Assembly: GCA_003246455.1 (NCBI GenBank)
Contig: QKAF01000015.1
Span: 1,193 to 65,192, forward strand
Source of the DNA: Bacteroidota bacterium
GTDB taxonomy: Bacteria > Bacteroidota > Ignavibacteria > SZUA-365
Length of the DNA: 64,000 nucleotides
Direction: 5' to 3'
Shown here: in pieces, positions 1 through 10,547 of the stretch
Layout: the number at the start of each line of letters is the position of its first letter
Numbering within the stretch: position 1 is the first letter of the stretch
Made by a program: the position numbers and the translations under genes
Notes under the pieces: model-generated
The model's input: only the letters and a program-made list of their open reading frames with translations
Database searches by the model: none
What the model was told of the DNA's origin: nothing

Positions 1-548
1 GCGCGATATTCCCGGGTGTCGTCGGCGGAATCTGTCTCATCCTCGCCTTCTATTCGATGAACACGCTGCCCATCAATTATGCCGGCCTGGCGCTCATCAT
101 CTTCGGTGTGATACTGTTTGTGCTCGAAATAAAAATCGTCAGTCACGGCCTTCTTTCCGTCGGAGGGATCATCGCCCTGTTCCTCGGATCGATCATGCTT
201 ATCGAGTCTCCTCCCGGAGCGGATTTTCTCCGCGTCTCCCTCTCGGTGATCATCACGATAACACTCTGCACGGCAGCGTTCTTTCTCTTCATCGTCGGAA
301 AGGGAATCGCCGCGATGAGACGACAACCAACGACGGGGATCGACGGCATGATCGGCGAACTGGGGCGCGTGATCGAAGCCATCGCGCCCGTAGGAAGCGT
401 TGCTGTACACGGAGAAATCTGGAAAGCGCGTTCGGCGGATGACGCGGAGATTCCGACCGGGACCCCGGTACGCGTCGCTGCGGCAGTCAATCTCACCCTC
501 ATCGTCGAACGCGAGTCCCCGACAAAAAATGAACAATCCAACACCTGA
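1..548 (+). CDS. NfeD-family membrane protein; 5' end lies outside the window (reading frame starts at nt 3)
   Basis: Hydrophobic N-terminal TM segments ([29 protein letters not shown]) followed by a C-terminal soluble domain ([10 protein letters not shown]...), typical of NfeD. Immediately upstream of an SPFH/stomatin gene, the canonical NfeD-SPFH pairing. Confidence 0.7.
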   Translation, partial: AIFPGVVGGICLILAFYSMNTLPINYAGLALIIFGVILFVLEIKIVSHGLLSVGGIIALFLGSIMLIESPPGADFLRVSLSVIITITLCTAAFFLFIVGKGIAAMRRQPTTGIDGMIGELGRVIEAIAPVGSVAVHGEIWKARSADDAEIPTGTPVRVAAAVNLTLIVERESPTKNEQSNT

Positions 549-568
549 CACAGTCCTCTGGAGGGCCC

Positions 569-1333
569 ATGGATCCCGCAGGAAGCATTTCTCTCGTCAT
601 TATCGTCTTTGTCCTCATGCTGCTGGCGTCCGCCATCCGCATTCTCCGCGAGTATGAGCGCGGTGTGATCTTTCGCCTCGGCCGGCTCATCGACTCGAAA
701 GGTCCCGGTCTGATCCTCCTTATCCCGATCGTCGACCGTATGGTGAAAGTGAGTCTCCGTACCATCGTGCTGGACGTCCCGCCGCAGGATGTCATTACGC
801 GCGACAATGTCTCGGTGAAGGTCAGCGCTGTGGTCTATTTCCGCGTCGTCGATTCCGCCAAGGCGATCGTGGAAGTGGAGAACTTCCTGTTCGCAACCAG
901 CCAGCTTTCGCAGACCACGCTGCGAAGCATCCTCGGACAGTCGGAGCTGGATGAGCTGCTGGCCGAACGCGACAAGATCAACAAGCAGCTGCAGGAGATC
1001 ATCGATATGCAGACGGAACCGTGGGGCATCAAGGTCAGTCTCGTGGAGGTGAAGCATATCGATCTCCCGCAGGAGATGCAGCGCGCCATGGCGAAACAGG
1101 CGGAGGCGGAACGTGAGCGGCGTGCCAAAGTGATCGCGGCGGAAGGCGAATTCCAGGCATCGGCGAAACTGGCGGATGCGGCGAAGGTCCTTTCCGTCGA
1201 TCCCGCAGCGCTGCAGCTCCGCTACCTCCAGACGCTGACCATCGTCGCGGCGGAAAACAACTCCACCACGCTCTTCCCTATTCCAATCGATCTGCTGAAG
1301 CCGTTCCTCGATCAGAAATCCCGGGAGAAATGA
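569..1333 (+). CDS. SPFH/band-7 (stomatin-like, slipin) protein
   Basis: N-terminal TM anchor, then an SPFH core ([14 protein letters not shown]... [13 protein letters not shown]...) and a C-terminal coiled-coil Ala/Glu-rich region ([24 protein letters not shown]). Paired with NfeD. Confidence 0.8.
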   Translation: MDPAGSISLVIIVFVLMLLASAIRILREYERGVIFRLGRLIDSKGPGLILLIPIVDRMVKVSLRTIVLDVPPQDVITRDNVSVKVSAVVYFRVVDSAKAIVEVENFLFATSQLSQTTLRSILGQSELDELLAERDKINKQLQEIIDMQTEPWGIKVSLVEVKHIDLPQEMQRAMAKQAEAERERRAKVIAAEGEFQASAKLADAAKVLSVDPAALQLRYLQTLTIVAAENNSTTLFPIPIDLLKPFLDQKSREK

Positions 1334-1339
1334 TCCACG

Positions 1340-2365
1340 ATGAAACCAGGATCCCTGAGCGGGATTGGCCGCTGCGGCCGGTTCCTCCTCGCTGTATCGA
1401 TCATGCTCGTTTCAGCCTGCGCGACGAAGCCGTCCGGACCGCCTGCCCTGACCGAAGGGCTTGCGCTCATCGGAACCTACACAGCGTTCGAGGTCGTGGA
1501 CGGGGACACGTTTCGCATTCCCGAACTGGAGAAGGGAATTCGGTTTCTCTGCATCGACACGGAAGAGGTGCCGCGGGGTCCGCAGGCGGACACGGAACTG
1601 GCACACCTGCGCGCGACCTGGCCGGAACCCTACCTGCAGCGGCAGAAATCGAAACGGTTTCCGATAAAGATGCCATCCCCTTTCGGATACGAAACCTCCG
1701 AATGGGCGAAGCACTGGTTCGCCGATGTCGACAGCGTTCGTCTTGAGAGGGATGGTCCCGGAAATGAATACGGGTATTTCGGACGGCGCCTCGCGTATGT
1801 GTTCGCGAGAAAAAACGGTCAGTGGATCAATTACAACGTCGAGTGCGTGCGCCTCGGATTTTCTCCCTATTCCATGAAGTACGGATACAGCGCCCGCTTT
1901 CACGATCAGTTCGTCGCCGCGCAGAATGAGGCACGCAAAGCGCAGCGCGGCATATGGAATCGCGCCGTCCAGCATTATCCGGATTATGACAGCCGTCTGG
2001 GCTGGTGGACCGCTCGCGGCGATGCAATACGGAATTTCCTCACGCTGCGAAAAGACCGTGACGATATGTTCTTCATCGGACGGGACGGCGAATTTGAACG
2101 ACTCGCACTGGCCTCTGGCGACACGGTCTGCGTCTTCGGGACGCTCGACCGCATCCCCCCCGCCGGACGGACTCATACAGTTGTTATTCCGCATAAGCAG
2201 GATATCGCGGTCGAGCTTCGTTTCGTCGATGCCGCGGACGCCGCGTTTCTTCAGCAGTTTGAACAGCAGTACGTGTATGTGCGAGGAGTGGTGCAGCGTG
2301 AAGGCAGGCAGCTGGCGCTTCGCGTATCCGATGTGAACGCCGTCAGTCCTCGTCCCTGTCTCTGA
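1340..2365 (+). CDS. Lipoprotein with a thermonuclease (SNase-like) domain
   Basis: Signal peptide with lipobox (LVSAC). Carries the motifs EVVDGDTFRI and RFLCIDTEE, resembling the staphylococcal nuclease VIDGDT / LIDTPE catalytic-region motifs. Confidence 0.55.
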   Translation: MKPGSLSGIGRCGRFLLAVSIMLVSACATKPSGPPALTEGLALIGTYTAFEVVDGDTFRIPELEKGIRFLCIDTEEVPRGPQADTELAHLRATWPEPYLQRQKSKRFPIKMPSPFGYETSEWAKHWFADVDSVRLERDGPGNEYGYFGRRLAYVFARKNGQWINYNVECVRLGFSPYSMKYGYSARFHDQFVAAQNEARKAQRGIWNRAVQHYPDYDSRLGWWTARGDAIRNFLTLRKDRDDMFFIGRDGEFERLALASGDTVCVFGTLDRIPPAGRTHTVVIPHKQDIAVELRFVDAADAAFLQQFEQQYVYVRGVVQREGRQLALRVSDVNAVSPRPCL

Positions 2366-3383
2366 GCCGACGGCGCCAGGAAGGAAGCGACGGAATGCGC
2401 GGGAAATCGACCGTGGTGTTCAGACTTCGCCGCACGACGGATGTCAGGCTGCGGGTGGAGAACAGCTGGCGCAGTTCTCTCCGCTCGGAACTCATTTCCG
2501 CGATCTCCGCCGCGAAGAGCACGGTCACGCTCGAATAGTACACCCAGATCGCCGTCGCGACAATGATCGCGTACGGACCGTAGATGGTGCCGATTTCCCA
2601 CAGGTTCGTCAGGTAGTATGCAAAGACGAACTTCGCGAGTCCCCACAGCAGTGCGGCAATGGAGCTGCTTGTCAGGATCAGGCGCGCCGGCAGCCGCCGG
2701 TCGGGCACAAGGTAGAATACGAGGCAGAAAAGAATGAAACTGAGGATGAAGGGAGAAACCAGGTTCACCGCATCGTTGAAGATCCAGGACTGAAACTGCA
2801 CGCCGAAAACGTTCTCCCCGATCTCCTTGACCAGCGATACACCGTACAGCATTACCGTGACCGCCACGAGGGCGATGCCCACGATGCTCAGCATTGCGAA
2901 ATCCTTGAGCTTCGATACGAAGATGTTCTTCGTATCCTGGATGCTGAACACCCTGTTGAGCGCGGTGCGAAGTGCGGCAAAAAGTGCCGAGGAAGTCCAG
3001 AGCAGACCCACACCGCCGAGCACACCCGCGAGGTGCGAACCGTTGATGAACTCTTGCATCAGGCCGATGACGAGCTCGCGCAGCTGATCCTTCTGGTACG
3101 GGAACAGTTCGAGCTTCTGTATCCACGTGTCGACAGTCGCCAGCGCTTCTGCGCTGTCGAGGTATAATCCCAGGACGTAGAAGATGAGAAGCAGCAGCGG
3201 AATGAAGCACAGGAGTGCATTAAAGCTGAGGCCGGCTGCCGAAAGAAAGATGTGGTTCGATTCCATGCGCTCGATGATGCGCACGAGGTACATCCATATG
3301 TCGCGAACCCACCGGAGCCGGATAAAATCTTCCAGCAGCCGGAGTGACCGTTTGAGAAATGATATTTTGCGTGTTTTCGTCAC
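2343..3383 (-). CDS. YihY/BrkB-family inner-membrane protein
   Basis: About six TM helices. N-terminal motif [20 protein letters not shown] is typical of YihY/BrkB (formerly annotated RNase BN). Confidence 0.65.
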   Translation of the reverse strand: MTKTRKISFLKRSLRLLEDFIRLRWVRDIWMYLVRIIERMESNHIFLSAAGLSFNALLCFIPLLLLIFYVLGLYLDSAEALATVDTWIQKLELFPYQKDQLRELVIGLMQEFINGSHLAGVLGGVGLLWTSSALFAALRTALNRVFSIQDTKNIFVSKLKDFAMLSIVGIALVAVTVMLYGVSLVKEIGENVFGVQFQSWIFNDAVNLVSPFILSFILFCLVFYLVPDRRLPARLILTSSSIAALLWGLAKFVFAYYLTNLWEIGTIYGPYAIIVATAIWVYYSSVTVLFAAEIAEMSSERRELRQLFSTRSLTSVVRRSLNTTVDFPRIPSLPSWRRRLRDRDED

Positions 3384-5608
3384 ACTTTTTCGAGAAGCTT
3401 CGACAGCGAGGTCGAATGCGCTTCCGAGATCAGCGCGACCTCGACGTCAATATCCTCATTGATACGGAGACGATCGCCCCCTGTCACACCGATGTCGGCA
3501 GCGGGAACGCCAGCCGCTTTCGCGAGCGCGAGAAGCTCCTCGGCCTTATCAGGCGCGCAGCTGAGCACGACCCGTGACTGCGCTTCACCGAAGTACAGTG
3601 CATCCTTCCGGACGCCGTCGTGCGCGATCTGGATCGTCGCCCCGATGTTCCGGTCTCCGATGAAACAGCTCTCCGCGAGCGTCACAGCCAGCCCGCCGTC
3701 CGATACGTCATGAGCGCTGTGAACGAGTCCTTTTCGAATCGCGTCGAGCAGCAGCGCCTGGAGACGACGTTCCTCTTCCAGATCCAGGTACGGCGCATCG
3801 CCGCCGACGATATCATGCCAGTGCGCGAGGTATTCCGACCCGTCGATCTCGTTTCTGTTCGTCCCGAGAAGAATGACTCGATCGTCCGCCGCACGGAATC
3901 CCGCCTGCGTAATGTGGTCGATGTCGTCGATGAGACCGATCATCCCGATGACCGGCGTCGGATAGACGGCGCCGACAGGATTTTCATTGTAGAAACTCAC
4001 GTTTCCGCCTGTCACGGGCGTGTCGAAGACCAGGCAGGCTTCGCCCATGCCACCGCATGCTTCCTTGAACTGGTAATACACTTCGGGCTTGTACGGGTTG
4101 CCGAAATTCAGACAGTTCGTAATCGCGAGCGGAAGGCCACCCGCACACGCAACGTTACGCGCCGCCTCGGCCACCGCGATCTGTGCCCCGCGTCTCGGAT
4201 TCAGATACACGTAGCGTCCGTTGCAATCCGTCTTGATCGCGAGTGCGCGCCGCGTGTCCTTGACGCGGATCACGGCTGCATCGCCGCCGGGACCCTGTGC
4301 GGTATTCGTGCGGACCGACGTGTCATACTGCTCGTAGGCCCAGCGCTTCGACGCAATATTCGGCGAGGACAAAAGGCTGACGAGAACGCCGCCGAAATCG
4401 GCTGGAACGGGGACGGACTCGATCCGGAACGCAAGCGTCGTGTCGAGATAATCGGGGCGTCGGGTTTCACGAATGTATACCGGAGCGCCACCGCCCAGCG
4501 CCAGGCTGTCTGCGGGGACCACGGCTTTGACTTCGCCGTCCCGCTCCACCGTCACCATACCGTCGCCGGTCACGTGACCGATGGTCACCGCATGCAGATC
4601 CCATTTCTCGAAGATGTCCCTGACACGCTGCTCGTTGCCTTTCTTCGCGACGACGAGCATGCGTTCCTGAGATTCGGATAACAGTATCTCGTACGCCGAC
4701 ATGCCTTCCTCACGAATCGGAACCAGATCGAGGTTGATATGCATGCCGCTCTTCCCTTTCGCGGACATTTCACACGTGGAACACGTGATGCCCGCGGCAC
4801 CCATATCCTGGATACCGACGATGAGGTCCTCACGGATGATCTCGAGTGTCGCTTCGAGCAGGAGCTTTTCCGTGAACGGATCGCCCACCTGCACGGACGG
4901 ACGCTTCGACTCCGAGTCCGCACTCAGATCCACCGACGCGAACGTGGCTCCGTGGATGCCGTCGCGTCCTGTCGACGATCCCACGATCATCACCGGATTC
5001 CCTTCCCCTTCCGCGGTCGCCGTCGCCGTCTGGCCGTGCTTGACAATACCGACCGCCATGGCATTGACCAGCGGATTTCCCTGGTAGGACGAGTCGAAAT
5101 AGATTTCCCCGGCGACCGTCGGTACCCCGAAACAGTTGCCGTAATGGCCGATGCCGTGCACGACGCCCTTAACGAGGTACTGCACGCGCGGATTGTCGGG
5201 ATCACCGAAGCGCAGCGAGTCGCAGGCGGCGATGGGGCGGGCACCCATCGTGAAAATATCCCGAAGGATACCACCGACACCGGTGGCGGCTCCCTGGAAC
5301 GGCTCGATAGCCGACGGATGGTTATGACTTTCGATCTTGAAGGCGACGGCGAGGCCGTCACCGATATCCACCAGACCGGCGTTTTCCTCTCCGGCACCCA
5401 CCAGAAGCCGGCCGCCGCTGCGCGGCAGCGTTTTCAGAACGGCGATGGAATTCTTGTACGAGCAATGCTCGCTCCACATGACGCTGTACATGCCCAGTTC
5501 GGTATAGCTGGGCGTGCGTCCGAGATAATCCAGCACCATCTGGTATTCTTCGTCCGTAAGACCGAGTTCCCTGGCGATTTCAATGGTGACGGTAGGTTCC
5601 GTATGCAT
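3380..5608 (-). CDS. purL: Phosphoribosylformylglycinamidine synthase subunit PurL
   Basis: 742 aa. N-terminus [31 protein letters not shown] and repeated AIR-synthase-like domains are unmistakably PurL (FGAM synthase II). Confidence 0.92.
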   Translation of the reverse strand: MHTEPTVTIEIARELGLTDEEYQMVLDYLGRTPSYTELGMYSVMWSEHCSYKNSIAVLKTLPRSGGRLLVGAGEENAGLVDIGDGLAVAFKIESHNHPSAIEPFQGAATGVGGILRDIFTMGARPIAACDSLRFGDPDNPRVQYLVKGVVHGIGHYGNCFGVPTVAGEIYFDSSYQGNPLVNAMAVGIVKHGQTATATAEGEGNPVMIVGSSTGRDGIHGATFASVDLSADSESKRPSVQVGDPFTEKLLLEATLEIIREDLIVGIQDMGAAGITCSTCEMSAKGKSGMHINLDLVPIREEGMSAYEILLSESQERMLVVAKKGNEQRVRDIFEKWDLHAVTIGHVTGDGMVTVERDGEVKAVVPADSLALGGGAPVYIRETRRPDYLDTTLAFRIESVPVPADFGGVLVSLLSSPNIASKRWAYEQYDTSVRTNTAQGPGGDAAVIRVKDTRRALAIKTDCNGRYVYLNPRRGAQIAVAEAARNVACAGGLPLAITNCLNFGNPYKPEVYYQFKEACGGMGEACLVFDTPVTGGNVSFYNENPVGAVYPTPVIGMIGLIDDIDHITQAGFRAADDRVILLGTNRNEIDGSEYLAHWHDIVGGDAPYLDLEEERRLQALLLDAIRKGLVHSAHDVSDGGLAVTLAESCFIGDRNIGATIQIAHDGVRKDALYFGEAQSRVVLSCAPDKAEELLALAKAAGVPAADIGVTGGDRLRINEDIDVEVALISEAHSTSLSKLLEKV

Positions 5609-5702
5609 GCATGCTCCGAGTTTTCGTGCGGGTGAGGTCGGAAGGAAAGCGATTTTGCTTTCAATCAGGAAAAATACGAATCCGAAGCGAGAATCCCTTC
5701 AT

Positions 5703-5740
5703 AAAAAACCCGCACATCCGGGAGGATGCGCGGGTTTTCC
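5703..5740. terminator. Rho-independent terminator hairpin (bidirectional; terminates the minus-strand accC-accB-fadL-SGNH operon)
   Basis: aaaaaaCCCGCACATCC-ggga-GGATGCGCGGGtttt: an 11-bp stem with one mismatch, an A-tract 5' and a T-tract 3'. Confidence 0.75.
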
Positions 5741-5761
5741 GTCATGGATGAGACGTGAATG

Positions 5762-7126
5762 CTATTTCACGCCGAAGATACTGAGGAGATTCCCTGTCGG
5801 GAACTGCATATCCAGCGTCCACAGCGAGGCGGGACGCTTGCCGGTCCCCACCGAGAGCGGTGCGGCTATACCGGGAATGGTGTTGAACGGGATATACCGG
5901 ATGTTCGCGCCATACGCACGATTCAGTGCGGCAATGAAAAGGTTCGCAACGAACGCCGCGCCCCGGTTGCTCATATGGATACCGTCGAGACTGAAGAATC
6001 CGCCGGAAATGAACGCCGTTGAATACCCCTCCCCGGCTGCGAAATACCCGTTCGCGGCCAGGTCGCCCAGGGCGCTGTTCACATCCACGAGGACGAAACC
6101 GTTGCGCTCCGCCTCGGTCATGAGAATCGTGTTGTAATCGGTGACGGCCTGAAGGGTGACAGACACCTCGGTATTGTCAAGGACGTACTGCGACTCCAGC
6201 GGCGCATTCGGGGTGAGCCCGATACCCTTCTGCAGCTGTTCCTGTGCCGTGAGCAGGATGTAGTCGTTTTCTCCGACCTTCCCGACGTTTCCGGCCTTAT
6301 TCCGGTAATAGATATCCAGCATCTGTGTGGGATTCGTCGGATTCGGGATGCTGCGCGGCACGGTCGTGAAGAACGGGATGCTAGTCACGTCGGGAATGTT
6401 CGCGACGAGCACTTTCGTATTCGGAAGCGCTGCTTTGAGTTTTGCGAACGCGCCCTGGACAATCTGCTGGAACACGGCACGTTCGGTCGGCATGGTCCCT
6501 GCAGGATCGCCACCAACCCCGGTGTTGGTTCCCTTCACACCGCCCGAGGCCGCATAGCCGAGCACGTCGTTGTTCCCCAGCCAGAATGAGAGCAGCGTGG
6601 GATTGAGCATGATGGCCTGATCGACGAGAGATTTTCCGAAATTCTGCTGATCCCGCATGATGAACATGTAAAATGGATTCGAGCGCTGCTGTGCGCGAAG
6701 CAGAATGTCGCTTTCGTCTATGGCGTCATAGATGATTGCTCCCGGAAGTCCGAGATTGTTGTAGGGTCTTGCAAGGGTGGCATTGGTCGGAATGCTCTGC
6801 GTGATGCCGTTGGAGGTAATCAGCGGCGACGGCGAGAGTGTCTGCAGCGTGCGCAGCTCTCCGGTGCCCGGCAGCGGCATCAGCGGCTGCTCAAAACCTA
6901 CGGATCCGAGCTGCTGCGCAAGGAGATTCGGATAACTGTAGAGCTGCGCGTCCTGGTATAGCGCGCCGGACTGGTACCCGGCGGTAAGGCTGTTGCCGAT
7001 CGCCACGTACGTGGTTGCATCAATGGTTCCAAGATTCGGGTCCCCGACGGGATTGTCCTCGGAGCAGGCGCTCATCAGGAGGACAGCAGCAGTCATCATC
7101 CAAAGGATGTTCAAGGATTTTTTCAT
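5762..7126 (-). CDS. SGNH/GDSL-like hydrolase lipoprotein (putative lipase/esterase)
   Basis: Lipoprotein signal (LLMSAC) and a GNSLTAGY block resembling the SGNH block I (GDSxx). Secreted, co-operonic with a FadL-family OMP. Family assignment is tentative. Confidence 0.5.
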   Translation of the reverse strand: MKKSLNILWMMTAAVLLMSACSEDNPVGDPNLGTIDATTYVAIGNSLTAGYQSGALYQDAQLYSYPNLLAQQLGSVGFEQPLMPLPGTGELRTLQTLSPSPLITSNGITQSIPTNATLARPYNNLGLPGAIIYDAIDESDILLRAQQRSNPFYMFIMRDQQNFGKSLVDQAIMLNPTLLSFWLGNNDVLGYAASGGVKGTNTGVGGDPAGTMPTERAVFQQIVQGAFAKLKAALPNTKVLVANIPDVTSIPFFTTVPRSIPNPTNPTQMLDIYYRNKAGNVGKVGENDYILLTAQEQLQKGIGLTPNAPLESQYVLDNTEVSVTLQAVTDYNTILMTEAERNGFVLVDVNSALGDLAANGYFAAGEGYSTAFISGGFFSLDGIHMSNRGAAFVANLFIAALNRAYGANIRYIPFNTIPGIAAPLSVGTGKRPASLWTLDMQFPTGNLLSIFGVK

Positions 7127-7138
7127 GACAGTCCTCCT

Positions 7139-8437
7139 TTAAAACGCATAGGAAATATTGAGGGCGAACAGGTCCGCGGAACCGGTGTACCGACCATCGA
7201 GGTACACACCGCCCGGATAGCTCGTCTGATCCGTTACGCGATCAAGGATGATCATGTGCAGATAGGCGACATCCAGCGTGATGGTCGAGAACAGGTCGAT
7301 ACCCGCACCGATATTCAGACCGTGGCGATCCGAATCCGGCAGCAGCGGTTCGAGGCTCTTGTCCGGTACCGGGTTGCTGTCATAAAAATATCCTCCGCGA
7401 AGCGCGATCCCGGTTCCGGGCAGGCGATACTCCAGGCCGAGGCGCGCAATCCAGGTATTCTCATAATCCTTGACCGCGGTAACGTCGTCCTGCTTGACAC
7501 CGGGGGTGTTCTGGGCGTCAGTCGCGAAATCGATCGACAGCGCATCGTACGAAGACCATTGGATTCCCTGGAAATCAAACTCGAGATCGAGGTTTTCAAA
7601 CGGCGACCATGCAACACCCGCAAACCAGGTAGCCGGCGGAGCGATCGCGGTTTTCACATCCCCACCCGGAAAGAGCGGCTGAAGCGATGCAGGCGGATGG
7701 AAATCCGCGGTCCCCTCGAAATCGATCTGCGTTTCTGCGCGATAAGTAAAACCGAGCGAAACATTTTCCGCGGGTTTGAGCATGACACCGGCATTCCAGC
7801 TGATCGCGGTATTGCCCGTCCCCTCGAGTTCGAGGTCCATCGTCGGTTCGAAATTCGTGACGGCCCGCCGGAGATTCACATTCGAAAATACGATATTCAG
7901 CCCGGCTCCGACTGAAATGAAGTCGTTGATCGCGTAGGAAATCGTCGGCATGACATAAAAGGTCTGGAGTTCGATCTCGCGCGTCACCGCGCGTCCGACC
8001 CAGTTGTCTTCCCATTTCGTTCCGAGGCCATACGGGGTCGTCAGACCGATTCCGATCGCGAGGCCCTTGAGCGTCCCGTCTGTCCACGTGTTGGTGATGT
8101 ACAGGTTGGGCGGGGTGAAGACCTGGCTCTCCATGTCCCATTGCTCGTTGGAATTGAAATTGCTCGGTCCGTAGTAGGAATAGGAAGGGGCGATCAGGGT
8201 GGCGCCGGCCATGATGTGGGCGCCGCGCTGGAAGGATAATCCTGCAGGGTTGAAGAATATGGCCGAGCCGTCGTTCGCACGGGCAGCGAACGCTCCGGCC
8301 TGCGCCATCGCGCGTGCTCCATGCTCGTTGAGCTGGAAGCCTCCCGCGAATACAGTGGATGAGAGTACGATACTGCAGAGCAGTAACGCCGGAATCCGTA
8401 GACGTTTACTCAAAACGACCTCCAAGTGGTTAGGCAA
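7139..8437 (-). CDS. fadL: FadL/OmpP1/TodX-family outer-membrane hydrophobic-compound transporter
   Basis: Signal peptide, then GGFQLNEHGARAMAQAGAFAARANDGSAIFFNPAGL, the conserved FadL N-terminal hatch motif. Beta-barrel-like alternating pattern and a C-terminal aromatic residue (F). Confidence 0.8.
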   Translation of the reverse strand: MPNHLEVVLSKRLRIPALLLCSIVLSSTVFAGGFQLNEHGARAMAQAGAFAARANDGSAIFFNPAGLSFQRGAHIMAGATLIAPSYSYYGPSNFNSNEQWDMESQVFTPPNLYITNTWTDGTLKGLAIGIGLTTPYGLGTKWEDNWVGRAVTREIELQTFYVMPTISYAINDFISVGAGLNIVFSNVNLRRAVTNFEPTMDLELEGTGNTAISWNAGVMLKPAENVSLGFTYRAETQIDFEGTADFHPPASLQPLFPGGDVKTAIAPPATWFAGVAWSPFENLDLEFDFQGIQWSSYDALSIDFATDAQNTPGVKQDDVTAVKDYENTWIARLGLEYRLPGTGIALRGGYFYDSNPVPDKSLEPLLPDSDRHGLNIGAGIDLFSTITLDVAYLHMIILDRVTDQTSYPGGVYLDGRYTGSADLFALNISYAF

Positions 8438-8438
8438 A

Positions 8439-8945
8439 TCAGGAGATTTCTATAAGAATTGCGTTTTTTTCAACGGCGTCAGATTCGGCAACGCGGATGG
8501 CCTTGACGATGCCAGCCGCGGGAGATTTTATTTCATTTTCCATCTTCATCGCTTCCAGTATCAGAACACCCTGCCCTGCCTCGATCAATTCTCCTTCCTT
8601 TACCATGAGGCGGGATATTTTTCCGGGCATGGGTGAACGAAGGACCGCGGAATGCACCTTCGTTGATTTCTCTCCACCGAAGCTCTTCAGCAGGGCTGCA
8701 CGTTCATCTTCAATCTCGATATGCAGGCTCATCCCGTTCAGCAGCAGATGATAGCTGCCGTTCTCCTCCTCCTTCCGGAGCGAGGTGATGTCATAGCTGC
8801 GTGAGCCGATGCGCAGATGCCGGGCGTCGCCGGCGACGATGCGCGCGGCGGCAACGACTCTGCCGTTTACGGTGACGGTCCCGTCGTCGTCGTGCTCGAC
8901 GGTGAACTCCTGGCCCTCGATGCGGGCGGTAAACGTTCTTTTCAT
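8439..8945 (-). CDS. accB: Biotin carboxyl carrier protein (biotin/lipoyl attachment domain)
   Basis: C-terminal biotinyl domain with EAMKMEN (the biotinylated Lys in the AMKM motif). Stop overlaps the start of the upstream biotin carboxylase. Confidence 0.85.
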   Translation of the reverse strand: MKRTFTARIEGQEFTVEHDDDGTVTVNGRVVAAARIVAGDARHLRIGSRSYDITSLRKEEENGSYHLLLNGMSLHIEIEDERAALLKSFGGEKSTKVHSAVLRSPMPGKISRLMVKEGELIEAGQGVLILEAMKMENEIKSPAAGIVKAIRVAESDAVEKNAILIEIS

Positions 8946-10498
8946 CGCTCCCCTCCGTAGCGGTGCCGCAGCGCCCAGGGAGAACAGGAGCGCGCCGGTC
9001 TGTCCCCGCTCTCGCGCACGGTTCCCCCGGCTTTCTCGCGCTCTTCTTCGGAGAACACGGCAGCGAGAACGGCGGCGATCTTCTCGTCCTCCGTGGGACG
9101 ACGAAGATATTCGGGACGGTAATACTTCTGGACGAAATCGATCTGGAAATCCCCTTCATTGAATTTCGGGTGATCCATTACATAGCGGCAGAACGGGATG
9201 GTGGTCTCAACCCCGTCGATGACATACTCATCAAGCGCACGACGCATCTTTCTGATCGCGTCCTTTCTGTCCATTCCCCAGACGATGAGCTTCGCGAACA
9301 TGGGGTCATAATGGATGGAGATCTCGCCGCCCTCGGCGACGCCCGAGTCATCGCGGATTCCGAATCCCTGCGGCGGCCGATACCGGGCGAGAACGCCGGT
9401 ATCCGGGAGGAAATTGCTCCGAACGTCTTCCGCACAGATGCGGCATTCGATCGCATGTCCCCGGATGCGGATATCCTCCTGCGTGAAAGGCAGCGGCCGG
9501 CCCTCCGCCACGAGGATCTGCATTTTCACGAGGTCTATGCCGGTGACCATCTCCGTGACCGGATGTTCGACCTGCAGGCGGGTATTCATCTCGAGGAAAT
9601 AAAAATTCCTGTCCCCGTCGACGAGAAATTCGATGGTGCCCGCGTTGACGTAACCGCAGGCGCGAGCTGCCTCCGTGGCGGCTTTCCCCATCCGTGCGCG
9701 GAGTTCATCGTCCACGATGACCGAGGGCGCCTCCTCGACGACTTTCTGATGCCGGCGCTGAATGGAGCATTCGCGCTCGCCGAGATAGAGGTGATTCCCG
9801 TGCGCATCGGACAGAACCTGAATTTCAACATGGCGCGGCTGAACGACAAATTTCTCGATGTACACACGGTCATCGCCGAAGGCGGAACGCGCTTCGTTCT
9901 GCGCGGATTCGAGCGCCTTGCCGATATCCGCCGGGTTCTCCACCACGCGCATTCCTTTCCCGCCGCCGCCTGCCGCCGCTTTCAGCAGCACCGGATATCC
10001 GACCTCGCCTGCGGTCCGTTCCGCTTCCTCGACGGAGGTTACCGCGCTCTCGGTGCCGGGTACCACCGGAACGCCACGCTGGATCATGAGTGTACGCGCC
10101 GAGGTTTTATCTCCCATGACCTCGATCGCCCGCCCGGGAGGACCGACGAATATCATCCCCGCCTCCACGACTGCCTTCGCGAAAGCGGCATTCTCCGAGA
10201 GGAAACCGTACCCGGGATGGATCGCATCGCAGCCCGCCGCTCGGGCAGTTTCGATGATGGCGGCCATGCGAAGATAGCTCTCGCTCGACGGAGCGGGACC
10301 GATACAGAATGCCTCGTCCGCAGCGAGCACATGCGGCGCGTTGATGTCGGGTTCGGAATAGACAGCAACTGTCCGTATACCCAGTTCCTTGCAGGCCCGG
10401 ATAATTCGTACGGCAATTTCCCCTCTATTCGCGATCAGGAGGGATCGGATAGGTGCGTTCAAAGCATGTCGAAAAGGTGGATCTGTTATTCCGCGCAA
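8942..10498 (-). CDS. accC: Biotin carboxylase subunit of a biotin-dependent acyl-CoA carboxylase
   Basis: LLIANRGEIAVRIIRACKELGI..., ATP-grasp and BC C-terminal domains. About 60 aa C-terminal extension relative to the typical AccC. Confidence 0.9.
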   Translation of the reverse strand: MRGITDPPFRHALNAPIRSLLIANRGEIAVRIIRACKELGIRTVAVYSEPDINAPHVLAADEAFCIGPAPSSESYLRMAAIIETARAAGCDAIHPGYGFLSENAAFAKAVVEAGMIFVGPPGRAIEVMGDKTSARTLMIQRGVPVVPGTESAVTSVEEAERTAGEVGYPVLLKAAAGGGGKGMRVVENPADIGKALESAQNEARSAFGDDRVYIEKFVVQPRHVEIQVLSDAHGNHLYLGERECSIQRRHQKVVEEAPSVIVDDELRARMGKAATEAARACGYVNAGTIEFLVDGDRNFYFLEMNTRLQVEHPVTEMVTGIDLVKMQILVAEGRPLPFTQEDIRIRGHAIECRICAEDVRSNFLPDTGVLARYRPPQGFGIRDDSGVAEGGEISIHYDPMFAKLIVWGMDRKDAIRKMRRALDEYVIDGVETTIPFCRYVMDHPKFNEGDFQIDFVQKYYRPEYLRRPTEDEKIAAVLAAVFSEEEREKAGGTVRESGDRPARSCSPWALRHRYGGER

Positions 10499-10547
10499 AT
10501 AATACGGAATCAGCGCCCTATTCGCAAGGAAAGTAAATCGTGAAAAA

